The position numbers and the translations under genes are program-made. The notes below the pieces were generated by a model. The model was not told the DNA's origin. It saw only the letters and a list, made by a program, of their open reading frames with translations, and made no database searches. Positions 25,886-35,708 of a stretch of DNA of 64,000 nucleotides are shown here, in pieces. Source of the DNA: an uncultured Acidaminococcales bacterium (GTDB taxonomy: Bacteria > Bacillota > Negativicutes > Acidaminococcales > JAISLQ01); assembly GCA_964551985.1 (NCBI GenBank), contig CAZKFG010000001.1, forward strand, positions 40,181 through 104,180, given 5' to 3'. Within the stretch, counting starts at the first letter, position 1; each line of letters starts with the position of its first letter.

Positions 25886-25901
25886 AGCAAAAACCGTGCC
25901 A
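25886..25901 (-). promoter_or_regulatory. Sigma-54 (-24/-12) promoter of the AcnX operon
   Basis: The minus strand reads TGGCACggtttTTGCT with GG/GC 12 nt apart, about 85 nt upstream of the ATG at 25803. It is divergent from a sigma-54 activator gene. Confidence 0.8.
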
Positions 25902-25959
25902 AAATTAAAAAGTGCAAAAAATCTGTAAAAGTGCTTGGAATCTATCTACTATAAATTAT

Positions 25960-25988
25960 TTGTAAAAATAACTGTTAAGGTTTATAAT
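25960..25988 (+). promoter_or_regulatory. Candidate sigma-70-type promoter of activator 2
   Basis: TTGTAA, a 17-nt spacer, then TATAAT. Confidence 0.5.
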
Positions 25989-26002
25989 ATATAAATAATT
26001 AT

Positions 26003-26025
26003 TCTAAAAATTTTAAATTTTTAGA
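26003..26025. promoter_or_regulatory. Perfect 11-bp-arm palindrome (candidate activator-binding site / operator)
   Basis: TCTAAAAATTT-t-AAATTTTTAGA. It lies about 100-125 bp upstream of the -24 element at 25901 and in the 5' leader of the activator gene. It is AT-only and low complexity, so significance is limited. Confidence 0.3.
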
Positions 26026-26062
26026 TACAATAAAGTATTCCTTAAATCAAGTGAGGTTTTTT

Positions 26063-27481
26063 ATGAGTAGAACAAATAACCTTGATACTTTTTTCAATAT
26101 GCTCCTAAACCCTAACGGTGTCTCATATAGTATATTAACCTCCATCCCAACAGCCATGATTATAGCAGATGCAAAATTCAAGATACGTTTTGCCAATGAA
26201 AAGTATTTAAAACTTATAAATCACCAAAAACAAGATTTATTAGATAAATACTTATACGAGGTACGCCCAGAAACCAATCTTCAACAAGTAATTCATACAG
26301 GTCAAACGAGAACTGATATATTAAGCAAAACAATATCAAATACTGTTGTAGATATGTCCATTCCTTTGTTTTACAAAAATAAGATTGTTGGTGGAATATC
26401 ATTTTTAAAAGAAAATCAACGTATTTTGCAATTAAATCAAAATCTCGAAAAAGCCATTAGTCTAAATAAAAGCCTCTCTTTAGAACTAACATCATTTAAA
26501 AACAATTTATACAGTGCTAAACATTCATTTAAAGATATCATAGGTAAATCAAAATCTTTTTCAAAAGTTATAGAAGTGTCTAAAAAAGTTGCTTCTTATG
26601 ATACCGACATATTGATAATTGGCGAAAGTGGCACAGGCAAAGAATTATTTTCTCAAGCTATACACAACCACAGCCCAAGAAATAATATGCCTTTCATTCC
26701 TGTAAACTGTTCTACACTTACACCAAATTTAATAGAAAGCGAGCTTTTTGGTTATGAACCAAATTCTTTTACAGGAGCAGACAAAAATGGTAAAATAGGT
26801 TTATTTATGATGGCTAATAAAGGAACTATAATGTTAGATGAAATAGGTGAATTACCTTTTGATTTGCAAGCTAAGCTACTGAGAGTATTGCAAGAGCGCA
26901 AAATAAGAAAAATCGGTAGCACATCAGAGCACCCAATAGATGTAAGAGTAATCGCAGCAACAAATAAAGATTTATCATCGCTAGTTAAAGCAGGTACTTT
27001 TAGAGAAGACTTGTATTATAGGTTAGCAGTCTTTACATTAAAATTGCCCAGCCTAAGAGACAGGCTTGATGACATACCAATGCTAGCTGATTATCTTTTA
27101 GAAGAATGGAACTGCAAATACGGCAGAGCACTAAAGTTTTCTCAAAAAACATATAAAAATATGGCTTATCAAACATGGCCAGGTAATATAAGAGAGTTAA
27201 GAAATGCCGTATATTTCGCTGCTTATACTTGTGACAATGATATTATTAACGAGCTACCAATGCAAACATATTCTCTTGAAAAAGATACAATTAATGACGA
27301 TATTTCTAACGAGCCAATTATTGATGAACATACATCTTTAAAAGAGTATGTAGAAACATATGAACTCAAAATAATAAAAGCAATGCTCAAAAAATATGGA
27401 GACACTCTCGAAGATAAAAAGAAAATTGCTGATATTTTAAAAATATCAATACCAACTCTTTATAATAAATTGAAAACTTAA
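26063..27481 (+). CDS. Sigma-54-dependent transcriptional activator (PAS + AAA+ + HTH)
   Basis: Walker A GESGTGKE, the ESELFGY...SFTGA loop (NSFTGA variant), RVIAATN, and a C-terminal HTH. The track start is GTG 26051. Confidence 0.9.
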   Translation: MSRTNNLDTFFNMLLNPNGVSYSILTSIPTAMIIADAKFKIRFANEKYLKLINHQKQDLLDKYLYEVRPETNLQQVIHTGQTRTDILSKTISNTVVDMSIPLFYKNKIVGGISFLKENQRILQLNQNLEKAISLNKSLSLELTSFKNNLYSAKHSFKDIIGKSKSFSKVIEVSKKVASYDTDILIIGESGTGKELFSQAIHNHSPRNNMPFIPVNCSTLTPNLIESELFGYEPNSFTGADKNGKIGLFMMANKGTIMLDEIGELPFDLQAKLLRVLQERKIRKIGSTSEHPIDVRVIAATNKDLSSLVKAGTFREDLYYRLAVFTLKLPSLRDRLDDIPMLADYLLEEWNCKYGRALKFSQKTYKNMAYQTWPGNIRELRNAVYFAAYTCDNDIINELPMQTYSLEKDTINDDISNEPIIDEHTSLKEYVETYELKIIKAMLKKYGDTLEDKKKIADILKISIPTLYNKLKT

Positions 27482-27595
27482 TTTTTTTTATATCTTATCA
27501 ATTCAACAAAACTCTTATGTTTTTAAGGATTTGTTCATATATTATTTTTTGCCTATATTGTGCAATAAACCAAAACTTAATAAAGCATAATAAAA

Positions 27596-27632
27596 AACAC
27601 ATACCTATTGAAACTAGGTATGTGTTAATTTT
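27596..27632. terminator. Terminator hairpin between the convergent activator and TRAP genes
   Basis: AACACATACCT-attgaaact-AGGTATGTGTT, flanked by A-rich and T-rich runs. Confidence 0.6.
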
Positions 27633-28912
27633 TACATTTGATTAGGTAGCCATAAAATAATCTCAGGGAAAGCCATAAATATTATTAAAGAAATTACACA
27701 AGCAATTAAAAGCACCATTGAACCTTTAAATGCTGTCCCGAGCTCTATTTTCCCAACGGAACTTACGATAAAGACATTAAGACCTACTGGTGGAGTAACC
27801 AACCCAATCTCTACTAAAACAATCGCAATCACACCAAACCAAATTGGGTCAAAACCTAAAGATTGTACAACTGGAAAAACCATCGGAAGCGTAAGCATCA
27901 AAATAGCTATTTGATCCATTATGCAACCCAAAGCTAAATATAAAACTACCAAAAGCATCATAATAACCCAACGATTAACCTCTAAAGATGATATTATCTG
28001 TACAATATATTGTGGAATTTGGCTAATAGTCAAATAATATCCAAAAATCGTTGCACAAATTATTATTACAAATATTGTACCTGTTGTATTTATAGTGGAC
28101 ACAACAGCTTTTACAATTCCACTTTTATCAAGTCTTCTCATTCCTATACCAATCAAAAGTGCACCTAAAGCACCTATTGCCGCACTTTCTGTTGGCGTTG
28201 CAAAACCAGAGTAAATAGAACCAATCACTATTGCAAATAGCACAAGCACAGGAAATACTGCCTTGACACTGGCAAATCTATCTTGCCAAGAAAAAGCTGG
28301 AATACTAGGACAAATACTAGGATTAATTTTTACCCATATTATAATTGTTGCTGCCAAAATAATTGTTGAAATAATTCCAGGAACAAGTCCAGCAATTAAA
28401 AGCTTACCAACAGAAGTTTCTGTAGCTGTACCAAATATGATCATAGGTACACTAGGAGGAATTAATACGGCTAAAGTACCTGCGACAGCAACCGAACCGG
28501 CTATTAATTCATCTTTATATTTTAATTTTTGCATCTCCGGCACTACAACAGACGACATAGCAGCCGCTGTTGCAGTGCTAGAACCACACATTGCACCAAA
28601 CCCAGCATTTGCAAAAACTGTTGCAATTGCTACTCCACCTGGTAAATGACCAAACCACTTATATGCAACTTGGAATACATCTCGTGTTATATTAGAATTT
28701 GTAATAAATCCTGCCATCAAAATGAACAACGGTACAGTTGTTAAAGTGTAGTGTGCCGCACTCCTAAAGGGTGATGTTCCCACAATCCCTAAGACACTGT
28801 CTAAACCACCAATCATCCAAATACCAATTATTCCGGTTATACCCATAGAAAAAGCAACCGGAAGACCTATCATTAACAAAATCAACATTAAAAATAATGG
28901 AATTAAAATCAT
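27632..28912 (-). CDS. TRAP transporter large permease (DctM), system 2
   Basis: 426 aa, polytopic, a typical DctM profile. It follows the DctQ gene. Confidence 0.9.
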   Translation of the reverse strand: MILIPLFLMLILLMIGLPVAFSMGITGIIGIWMIGGLDSVLGIVGTSPFRSAAHYTLTTVPLFILMAGFITNSNITRDVFQVAYKWFGHLPGGVAIATVFANAGFGAMCGSSTATAAAMSSVVVPEMQKLKYKDELIAGSVAVAGTLAVLIPPSVPMIIFGTATETSVGKLLIAGLVPGIISTIILAATIIIWVKINPSICPSIPAFSWQDRFASVKAVFPVLVLFAIVIGSIYSGFATPTESAAIGALGALLIGIGMRRLDKSGIVKAVVSTINTTGTIFVIIICATIFGYYLTISQIPQYIVQIISSLEVNRWVIMMLLVVLYLALGCIMDQIAILMLTLPMVFPVVQSLGFDPIWFGVIAIVLVEIGLVTPPVGLNVFIVSSVGKIELGTAFKGSMVLLIACVISLIIFMAFPEIILWLPNQM

Positions 28913-28931
28913 TTTATCCCCCCATTCATAC

Positions 28932-29450
28932 TTAATGATCTAACTTAATCCAACCAAAGAGAGTTTGAACGCCTCTAACGCAAACCAAAACAGAACCTAT
29001 TGTGACCATCAAATACGCTGGTGCCATAGGATAAGCTAAAGCTGATGCACTATGTTCACTATTTTGAAAAGCTTCCAATACTGGTGGAATTGAGCAGTAT
29101 GCTATAAAAGCAAACATAGCAATACCAACTAAAGTATTAAATAAGGCTAATTTCTCTTTAATTTTTTTAGGGAAAAATCGCTCTATCAATTCTACTTTTA
29201 TGTGTCCTCCGTGAACGTATACATAACTAAGCGGCATATAAATTATTGCCACCATAAAATATTCTTCACTAAGCTCCAACACGCCAACAAGTGGCGCTCT
29301 GAAAAAATATCTTAAAATAGTGTCTAAACTAGTGATAAACATTAATGCCAACAATGCAGTCCCCGCAACAAATAGGCATAATTGTTCTACTTTATCAATT
29401 ATACTTTTGTTTTTATCAGCTTCTTGAATCATAACAAACTCACTTTCCAT
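28932..29450 (-). CDS. TRAP transporter small permease (DctQ), system 2
   Basis: About 170 aa with 4 predicted helices, located between the DctP and DctM genes. Confidence 0.8.
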   Translation of the reverse strand: MESEFVMIQEADKNKSIIDKVEQLCLFVAGTALLALMFITSLDTILRYFFRAPLVGVLELSEEYFMVAIIYMPLSYVYVHGGHIKVELIERFFPKKIKEKLALFNTLVGIAMFAFIAYCSIPPVLEAFQNSEHSASALAYPMAPAYLMVTIGSVLVCVRGVQTLFGWIKLDH

Positions 29451-29468
29451 TGCTTTAAAGTAGCAATA

Positions 29469-30539
29469 CTATTTTTTGCTATTAGCAACTGATTTTTCAA
29501 CTTCTGCAATTTTAGCTCTTGTTGCATCTAATACTTTTTGAGCTGGAAGCCCTTTGGCGCTTTGGGTTTTTACCCAATTTTGTACAACTGGATCTGTGGC
29601 ATCTCTAAATGCTTTTTGTTCGGCATCATTTAACACATATACTTTCATACCACTTTGTTCATATTTTTTTTGATAATCTTCCCCAGATTTTGTAACATAA
29701 TCACCTAAGGCAATTGTAGCCTCTAAACCGCAATCTAATATAAGTTTTTGCAAATCTTTTGGTAAAGCATTGAAACTTTTTTCATTAATACAATAAGTAG
29801 CTATCCAACCATTCATATTAACACCTTTAGTTGCCATTTTTAAAACTTCTTGCATTTTATATTGGTCTAGTGCTTCAAAAGCTAATACGCAACCATCAAC
29901 AGTACCTCTATATGTTGCTTCATACATCTCTTGTGGCACTATGTTGACCGCTGCACCGCCCATATTACCCATACCCATTTCTGCCGACACTCCTGGCACT
30001 CTAAACCTCATTCCTTTTACGTCTGTAGGTTTTGTTATAAATTTACTAGAATTATAAAATAAATCATTTGGATTATACGCCATATTAAATACTGGTCTTA
30101 TTTTATGCTTTTTAAACTCTTCATCATACAAAATACCTTGACTTAAATGCCAGAAAGCTTCTGCCCCAACTCTTGATGTCGGATATATTCCTGGTAAATC
30201 AAATACATTACTCAAAGGCACTTTTCCGCTCACATATGAAGGACCGACAACAGCTACATCTACAACACCATTTTTGACAAGTTCTATCATATCTACTTGT
30301 TTACCCAATTGACCACCTGGAAAATGTTCAAATTTTATACGTCCTTTTGATCGTTCTTCTACCATTTTCATAAACTTATTCAATCCATTCACCGTGAAAA
30401 AATGTGTTGCAGGAAAAGCATCCGCCACTTTTAGTTTATAAACCTTTGTATCATCTTTTTTCTCTGCCTGTTGTCCACAACCACCAACCATAATTAAAAC
30501 CACAACCAATAATACTGCAAAAATTTGTTTGCTTTTCAT
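29469..30539 (-). CDS. TRAP substrate-binding lipoprotein (DctP family), system 2
   Basis: The ATG at 30539 follows AAAGGAGAG and gives MKSKQIFAVLLVVVLIMVGGCG (lipobox). The body is DctP-like. The track start of 30626 is an upstream extension. Confidence 0.85.
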   Translation of the reverse strand: MKSKQIFAVLLVVVLIMVGGCGQQAEKKDDTKVYKLKVADAFPATHFFTVNGLNKFMKMVEERSKGRIKFEHFPGGQLGKQVDMIELVKNGVVDVAVVGPSYVSGKVPLSNVFDLPGIYPTSRVGAEAFWHLSQGILYDEEFKKHKIRPVFNMAYNPNDLFYNSSKFITKPTDVKGMRFRVPGVSAEMGMGNMGGAAVNIVPQEMYEATYRGTVDGCVLAFEALDQYKMQEVLKMATKGVNMNGWIATYCINEKSFNALPKDLQKLILDCGLEATIALGDYVTKSGEDYQKKYEQSGMKVYVLNDAEQKAFRDATDPVVQNWVKTQSAKGLPAQKVLDATRAKIAEVEKSVANSKK

Positions 30540-30660
30540 AACTACTCTCCTTTTATCATTTTTTTGAGTTTTAATCACTACGTACATTTTTTTAACTTTT
30601 CTGTTTTTTGTTAAAATTTTATACATACTATTTTTTATAATTTATATATTTTATTTTTTT

Positions 30661-30687
30661 AAAACGCATCTTTTAAAGATGCGTTTT
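30661..30687. terminator. Hairpin separating the two TRAP systems
   Basis: AAAACGCATCTT-tta-AAGATGCGTTTT. Confidence 0.55.
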
Positions 30688-30707
30688 AAAATTTAAGTAT
30701 CTTCTTA

Positions 30708-31724
30708 CTACTTTTGACTTGCTTTAACTTTTTGTAAAAATTCTTCTCCAACAACTTTACCAAGTTTTTCATAAACTGGTATTACCGCTTTAACCCAAGT
30801 CTCTTTTTGTTCACTAGTTAAAATATATACTTGACCACCTTTTTGTTTAATTTCTTCAACTGCTTTTTTACTTGCTTCATCAACAACTTCATGATGCTTT
30901 TTCTCAGCATCCTTCATGTGTTTTAAAACTTTAACTTTGATATCATCTGGTAATCCTTCTAAAAATTTTTTGTTAGCCAATTGGGTAATAACCGTAGAAT
31001 GAACAAATGCATCAAGATAATACTTTGTAACCTCAAATAAATTTCTCTCTTTTACAGAAACAGGTCCAATATCAGCTGCATCAATCATTCCTCTTTGCAT
31101 AGCAACAAAAATGTCTCCAGCTGGCAAATCCACAGGAGAGGCACCAACTGCAAGCCATGTCAATGAACCATCGCCCAAGCTTCTAACCTTAAGACCTGTG
31201 GCATCTTGAGGTAAGACAACTTGTTTTCCATTTGTAATAATACTGTATGGCCCAGTAGCGGCAGAGGCTAAACACACAATACCCTTTTGTTCTAGTGGCT
31301 GCCAAATTTCTTTTGCTAAATCACTTGTTAAAAATTTATTCATAGAGTTAACATTATTAAATAAAAATGGTAAATCAAATGTAGTAACCTTAGGGCTTAT
31401 AGCTGCTAGATACCAGTTTGCCAGTGAAATCATCTCTACATCGCCTCTGGCAACAGCATCTAATGCTTCAGCAGGTTTATAAAGCTGTGAAGCTGGATAT
31501 AGCTTTACCGTAACCTTCCCTTTTAATTCAGGATCAGCATCAACTAATTTTTTAAAAGTTTCTGGTACAACTGACATAGTACCATTTGCTGGCATGTCAT
31601 AAGACCAGCGTATTTCGATTGCTTTTGTTTTTTTCTCACTACCACCACACCCAATAAAAAGCATAGAAATCAGCAAACAAACCACCATAGACACTAATGT
31701 TTTTTTATTTTTGAAAAGAATCAT
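30708..31724 (-). CDS. TRAP substrate-binding lipoprotein (DctP family), system 1
   Basis: Signal plus lipobox LLISMLFIGCGG. DctP-like body. RBS AGGAGGGAG. Confidence 0.85.
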   Translation of the reverse strand: MILFKNKKTLVSMVVCLLISMLFIGCGGSEKKTKAIEIRWSYDMPANGTMSVVPETFKKLVDADPELKGKVTVKLYPASQLYKPAEALDAVARGDVEMISLANWYLAAISPKVTTFDLPFLFNNVNSMNKFLTSDLAKEIWQPLEQKGIVCLASAATGPYSIITNGKQVVLPQDATGLKVRSLGDGSLTWLAVGASPVDLPAGDIFVAMQRGMIDAADIGPVSVKERNLFEVTKYYLDAFVHSTVITQLANKKFLEGLPDDIKVKVLKHMKDAEKKHHEVVDEASKKAVEEIKQKGGQVYILTSEQKETWVKAVIPVYEKLGKVVGEEFLQKVKASQK

Positions 31725-31742
31725 TTTTCTCCCTCCTAAATT

Positions 31743-33020
31743 TTATATTTTTGATGGTAACCAAGTGCTAAGCTCTGGCACCATTATAATAACTGCTAAA
31801 ATTAACAACATGACAATAACATAAGGTAAAGCTCCTTTAGCGACCTCCGATACAGGTGTACCTGTAGAGCCAGACAATGCAAATAAATTCATTCCAATAG
31901 GTGGTGTTATAGTACCTATCTCCATATTAATAGTATAAATAACAGCAATATGAAGTGGTTCAAATCCTAGTTGAATCAAAACAGGATATAAAATAGGAAT
32001 AGTAACTAACATTATCGAAATGACATCTAATAAGCAGCCTAAAAACAACAGTAAGACATTTACAGCTAACATAAACACTATAGGCGATAATCCTATTCCA
32101 ATAATCCATTCAATTATCTCATTAGAAACTTGACTTATTGTAATTATGTAGGCAAAAACCATAACACCACTAAAAACAACTAATATTTGAGATGATGCCA
32201 CAGCCCCTTCAGCGAATATTTCGGGAATATCTTTTAGCTTAATTGTTTTGTAATAAAAAACAGTTATAGCAAGACAATATGCAACACCAATAGCAGCACT
32301 CTCGTCAGCAGTAAAAATACCACCATAAATACCACCTATTATTATGGTTGGCGCAAGCAAAATCAAAAATGATTCTTTAAAAGTAAGCACTATTTCATTT
32401 AATGACACTGGTTCTTTAACGTGGCTTTTTACTCTCTTATTAGATGCCCAGAAAAAAGTAAAAATTGCCAAAACTGATGTTGCAAAAATACCTGGTAAAA
32501 AACCTGCCATAAAACATTTACCAATAGATTGCTCTGTTATGCTACCATAAATAATCATTGTTAAACTAGGCGGAATTAAAATACCCAATGTTCCACCCGT
32601 AGCCAAAATGCCGCAAGTAAATCCTTTATCATAACCATATTTAACCATATATGGCAATAAAATCATTCCTAGTGCTGCTGCATTAGCAAGGCTCGAACCG
32701 CTTATAGCTGCAAAAACAGCGCTTGTAATAATTGCCGCTATGCCAAGACCGCCACGTAAATTTTTAAATAAGCTATTAGCAAATTCAAACATATATTTTA
32801 CTAGCAATCCCTTGGACATTATAACTCCAACAATAATAAACAAAGGCAAAGCAACAAGTGAAAAATTATTTAAAGAACTATACATTATATGTGAAATTGT
32901 TGTTATAGAAGAAAAATCAAACATATAAAAACAAATAGCTGAAGTAAGCGCTGCACTAAAAGCTACTGGGAAACCTGTAAGCAACAAAAATAAAAAAATA
33001 CACAAAACAGTTAAAATCAT
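31743..33020 (-). CDS. TRAP transporter large permease (DctM), system 1
   Basis: 425 aa, polytopic. Overlaps the DctQ stop by 4 nt. Confidence 0.9.
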   Translation of the reverse strand: MILTVLCIFLFLLLTGFPVAFSAALTSAICFYMFDFSSITTISHIMYSSLNNFSLVALPLFIIVGVIMSKGLLVKYMFEFANSLFKNLRGGLGIAAIITSAVFAAISGSSLANAAALGMILLPYMVKYGYDKGFTCGILATGGTLGILIPPSLTMIIYGSITEQSIGKCFMAGFLPGIFATSVLAIFTFFWASNKRVKSHVKEPVSLNEIVLTFKESFLILLAPTIIIGGIYGGIFTADESAAIGVAYCLAITVFYYKTIKLKDIPEIFAEGAVASSQILVVFSGVMVFAYIITISQVSNEIIEWIIGIGLSPIVFMLAVNVLLLFLGCLLDVISIMLVTIPILYPVLIQLGFEPLHIAVIYTINMEIGTITPPIGMNLFALSGSTGTPVSEVAKGALPYVIVMLLILAVIIMVPELSTWLPSKI

Positions 33021-33526
33021 TTGCTGATCACCTCTGTTTTCTTTTCATTCTTTGCTATATACAATGTTGAAAAAAACAACTCTATAAACCTTATAGTAAA
33101 TAAAAATCCACCTAACGGCATAATCATATATGGAATCCATAGAGGTGTTTTGGCTAAAGAAGTAGAAGTTACACCAGTCGAATACGCGTGTATCATTAAA
33201 TTTGTGCCGCTGTAAGTTAAAAGCACACTGAAAATAACACCTAGTGCAATATTAAAAAAATCAAAATACAGTTGCCATTTAGGACTTAACATATCAACCA
33301 GAACGGATAATCGAATATGTTTGCTTTTCTTTATTACTTGACTTGCCCCCAAAAAAGTAGACCAAATTGTAAAAAAAATTATAAATTCCTTAGCCCAATA
33401 AAAAGATGTGTTAAAACATAGCCTTGCAATAACTTCAATAAAAGTAAGTAAAAATGCACCAAAAATTGTTATCATTGCAATTTTTCTTTCAATATTGTCC
33501 CAAACATTAATGATATTATTTATCAA
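33017..33526 (-). CDS. TRAP transporter small permease (DctQ), system 1
   Basis: 169 aa with 4 helices. TTG start after GGGGGG. Confidence 0.8.
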   Translation of the reverse strand: MINNIINVWDNIERKIAMITIFGAFLLTFIEVIARLCFNTSFYWAKEFIIFFTIWSTFLGASQVIKKSKHIRLSVLVDMLSPKWQLYFDFFNIALGVIFSVLLTYSGTNLMIHAYSTGVTSTSLAKTPLWIPYMIMPLGGFLFTIRFIELFFSTLYIAKNEKKTEVISK

Positions 33527-33589
33527 TATTTAGCCCCCCAACTTTTTAAAATGCAAATACAATACATTTAACACTACATCTAATAATTA

Positions 33590-33605
33590 AGCAAATTTCA
33601 TGCCA
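33590..33605 (-). promoter_or_regulatory. Sigma-54 (-24/-12) promoter of TRAP system 1
   Basis: The minus strand reads TGGCATgaaatTTGCT with GG/GC 12 nt apart, about 65 nt upstream of the start at 33526. Confidence 0.7.
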
Positions 33606-33790
33606 ACTAATATATTAAAGCTGTAAAAGCAACTACTAGCAAACTCTATTTTCTATTTTTATATTTTTTATACAAACTCTTACTTATAGATATAAGTTGC
33701 ATCATAATAATACTAAATAATGTTTTAAAAATTTTATAAAATTTATACTAATTTAGAATTTTTTGAATATAATAAAAATTGATTAAAACA

Positions 33791-33827
33791 AAAAGTATAT
33801 TTCAAGATATTATTGAAATATACTTTT
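33791..33827. repeat. Perfect 15-bp inverted repeat (hairpin or protein-binding dyad)
   Basis: AAAAGTATATTTCAA-gatatta-TTGAAATATACTTTT, flanked by T-rich sequence on both strands. Confidence 0.4.
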
Positions 33828-34010
33828 ATATTATTTTTTATTGCTAGACTTTAAAACTATTAAAGCTATAGTAGATAAAGTTACAATTATAAAATTATAT
33901 TTACATATAACCAAAGAAATGAAAAAAGCGACCTCCCAAAAGTTTTCTAAACTAATGGAAGGTCTACTTTAAAATTTTCTATTTGGTCAAAATGTGGTCA
34001 AACGAACTTT

Positions 34011-34044
34011 TGATTAAAATAAACCTTGGCTTAATGCAAGGTTT
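34011..34044 (-). terminator. groEL Rho-independent terminator
   Basis: AAACCTTG-gcttaatg-CAAGGTTT just after the groEL stop. The downstream tract on the minus strand is U-rich. Confidence 0.7.
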
Positions 34045-34046
34045 AT

Positions 34047-35691
<1,645 letters not shown>

Positions 35692-35708
35692 TTATACCTC
35701 CATAACCT

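Noticed and set aside
29469-30626. N-terminal extensions in longest-ORF calls, including 29469-30626, 24589-25848, 41694-43319, 43246-43671, 54315-56258, 37710-38441, 47547-49052 and 52426-53223.
   Set aside because: Internal starts have proper Shine-Dalgarno spacing. They also yield canonical N-termini: a lipoprotein signal, the DUF521 start, the FtsH MNKFF start and the Coa[10 protein letters not shown] start. The extended versions run into upstream genes or promoters.
25923-33629. Shared 9-mer CTGTAAAAG at 25923-25931 and 33621-33629, just upstream of the two minus-strand sigma-54 promoters. I considered it as a common activator site.
   Set aside because: The distances to the -24 element differ (22 vs 16 nt) and are too close for a typical enhancer. 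By my rough estimate, a 9-mer match between two AT-rich intergenic regions is expected by chance at appreciable frequency.
33985-34002. GGTCAAA-atgt-GGTCAAA direct heptad repeat resembling a CtsR operator. A related 11-mer, ATGTGGTCAAA, also occurs at 19687-19697.
   Set aside because: The spacer is 4 nt, not the 3 nt of the CtsR consensus. The site lies downstream of groEL and about 380 bp from the nearest start, with no promoter context. clpB in this window has no such box. A single shared 11-mer between two AT-rich regions is within chance expectation.
19471-34044. Resemblance between the hairpins at 19471-19499 (AACCTTCC...GGAAGGTT) and 34021-34044 (AACCTTGG...CAAGGTT), considered as extended homology flanking the 23-nt repeat.
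   Set aside because: The spacing relative to the repeat differs (about 50 nt vs 2 nt) and the loop sequences differ. Generic terminator hairpins often look alike. Only the 23-nt identity is treated as real.
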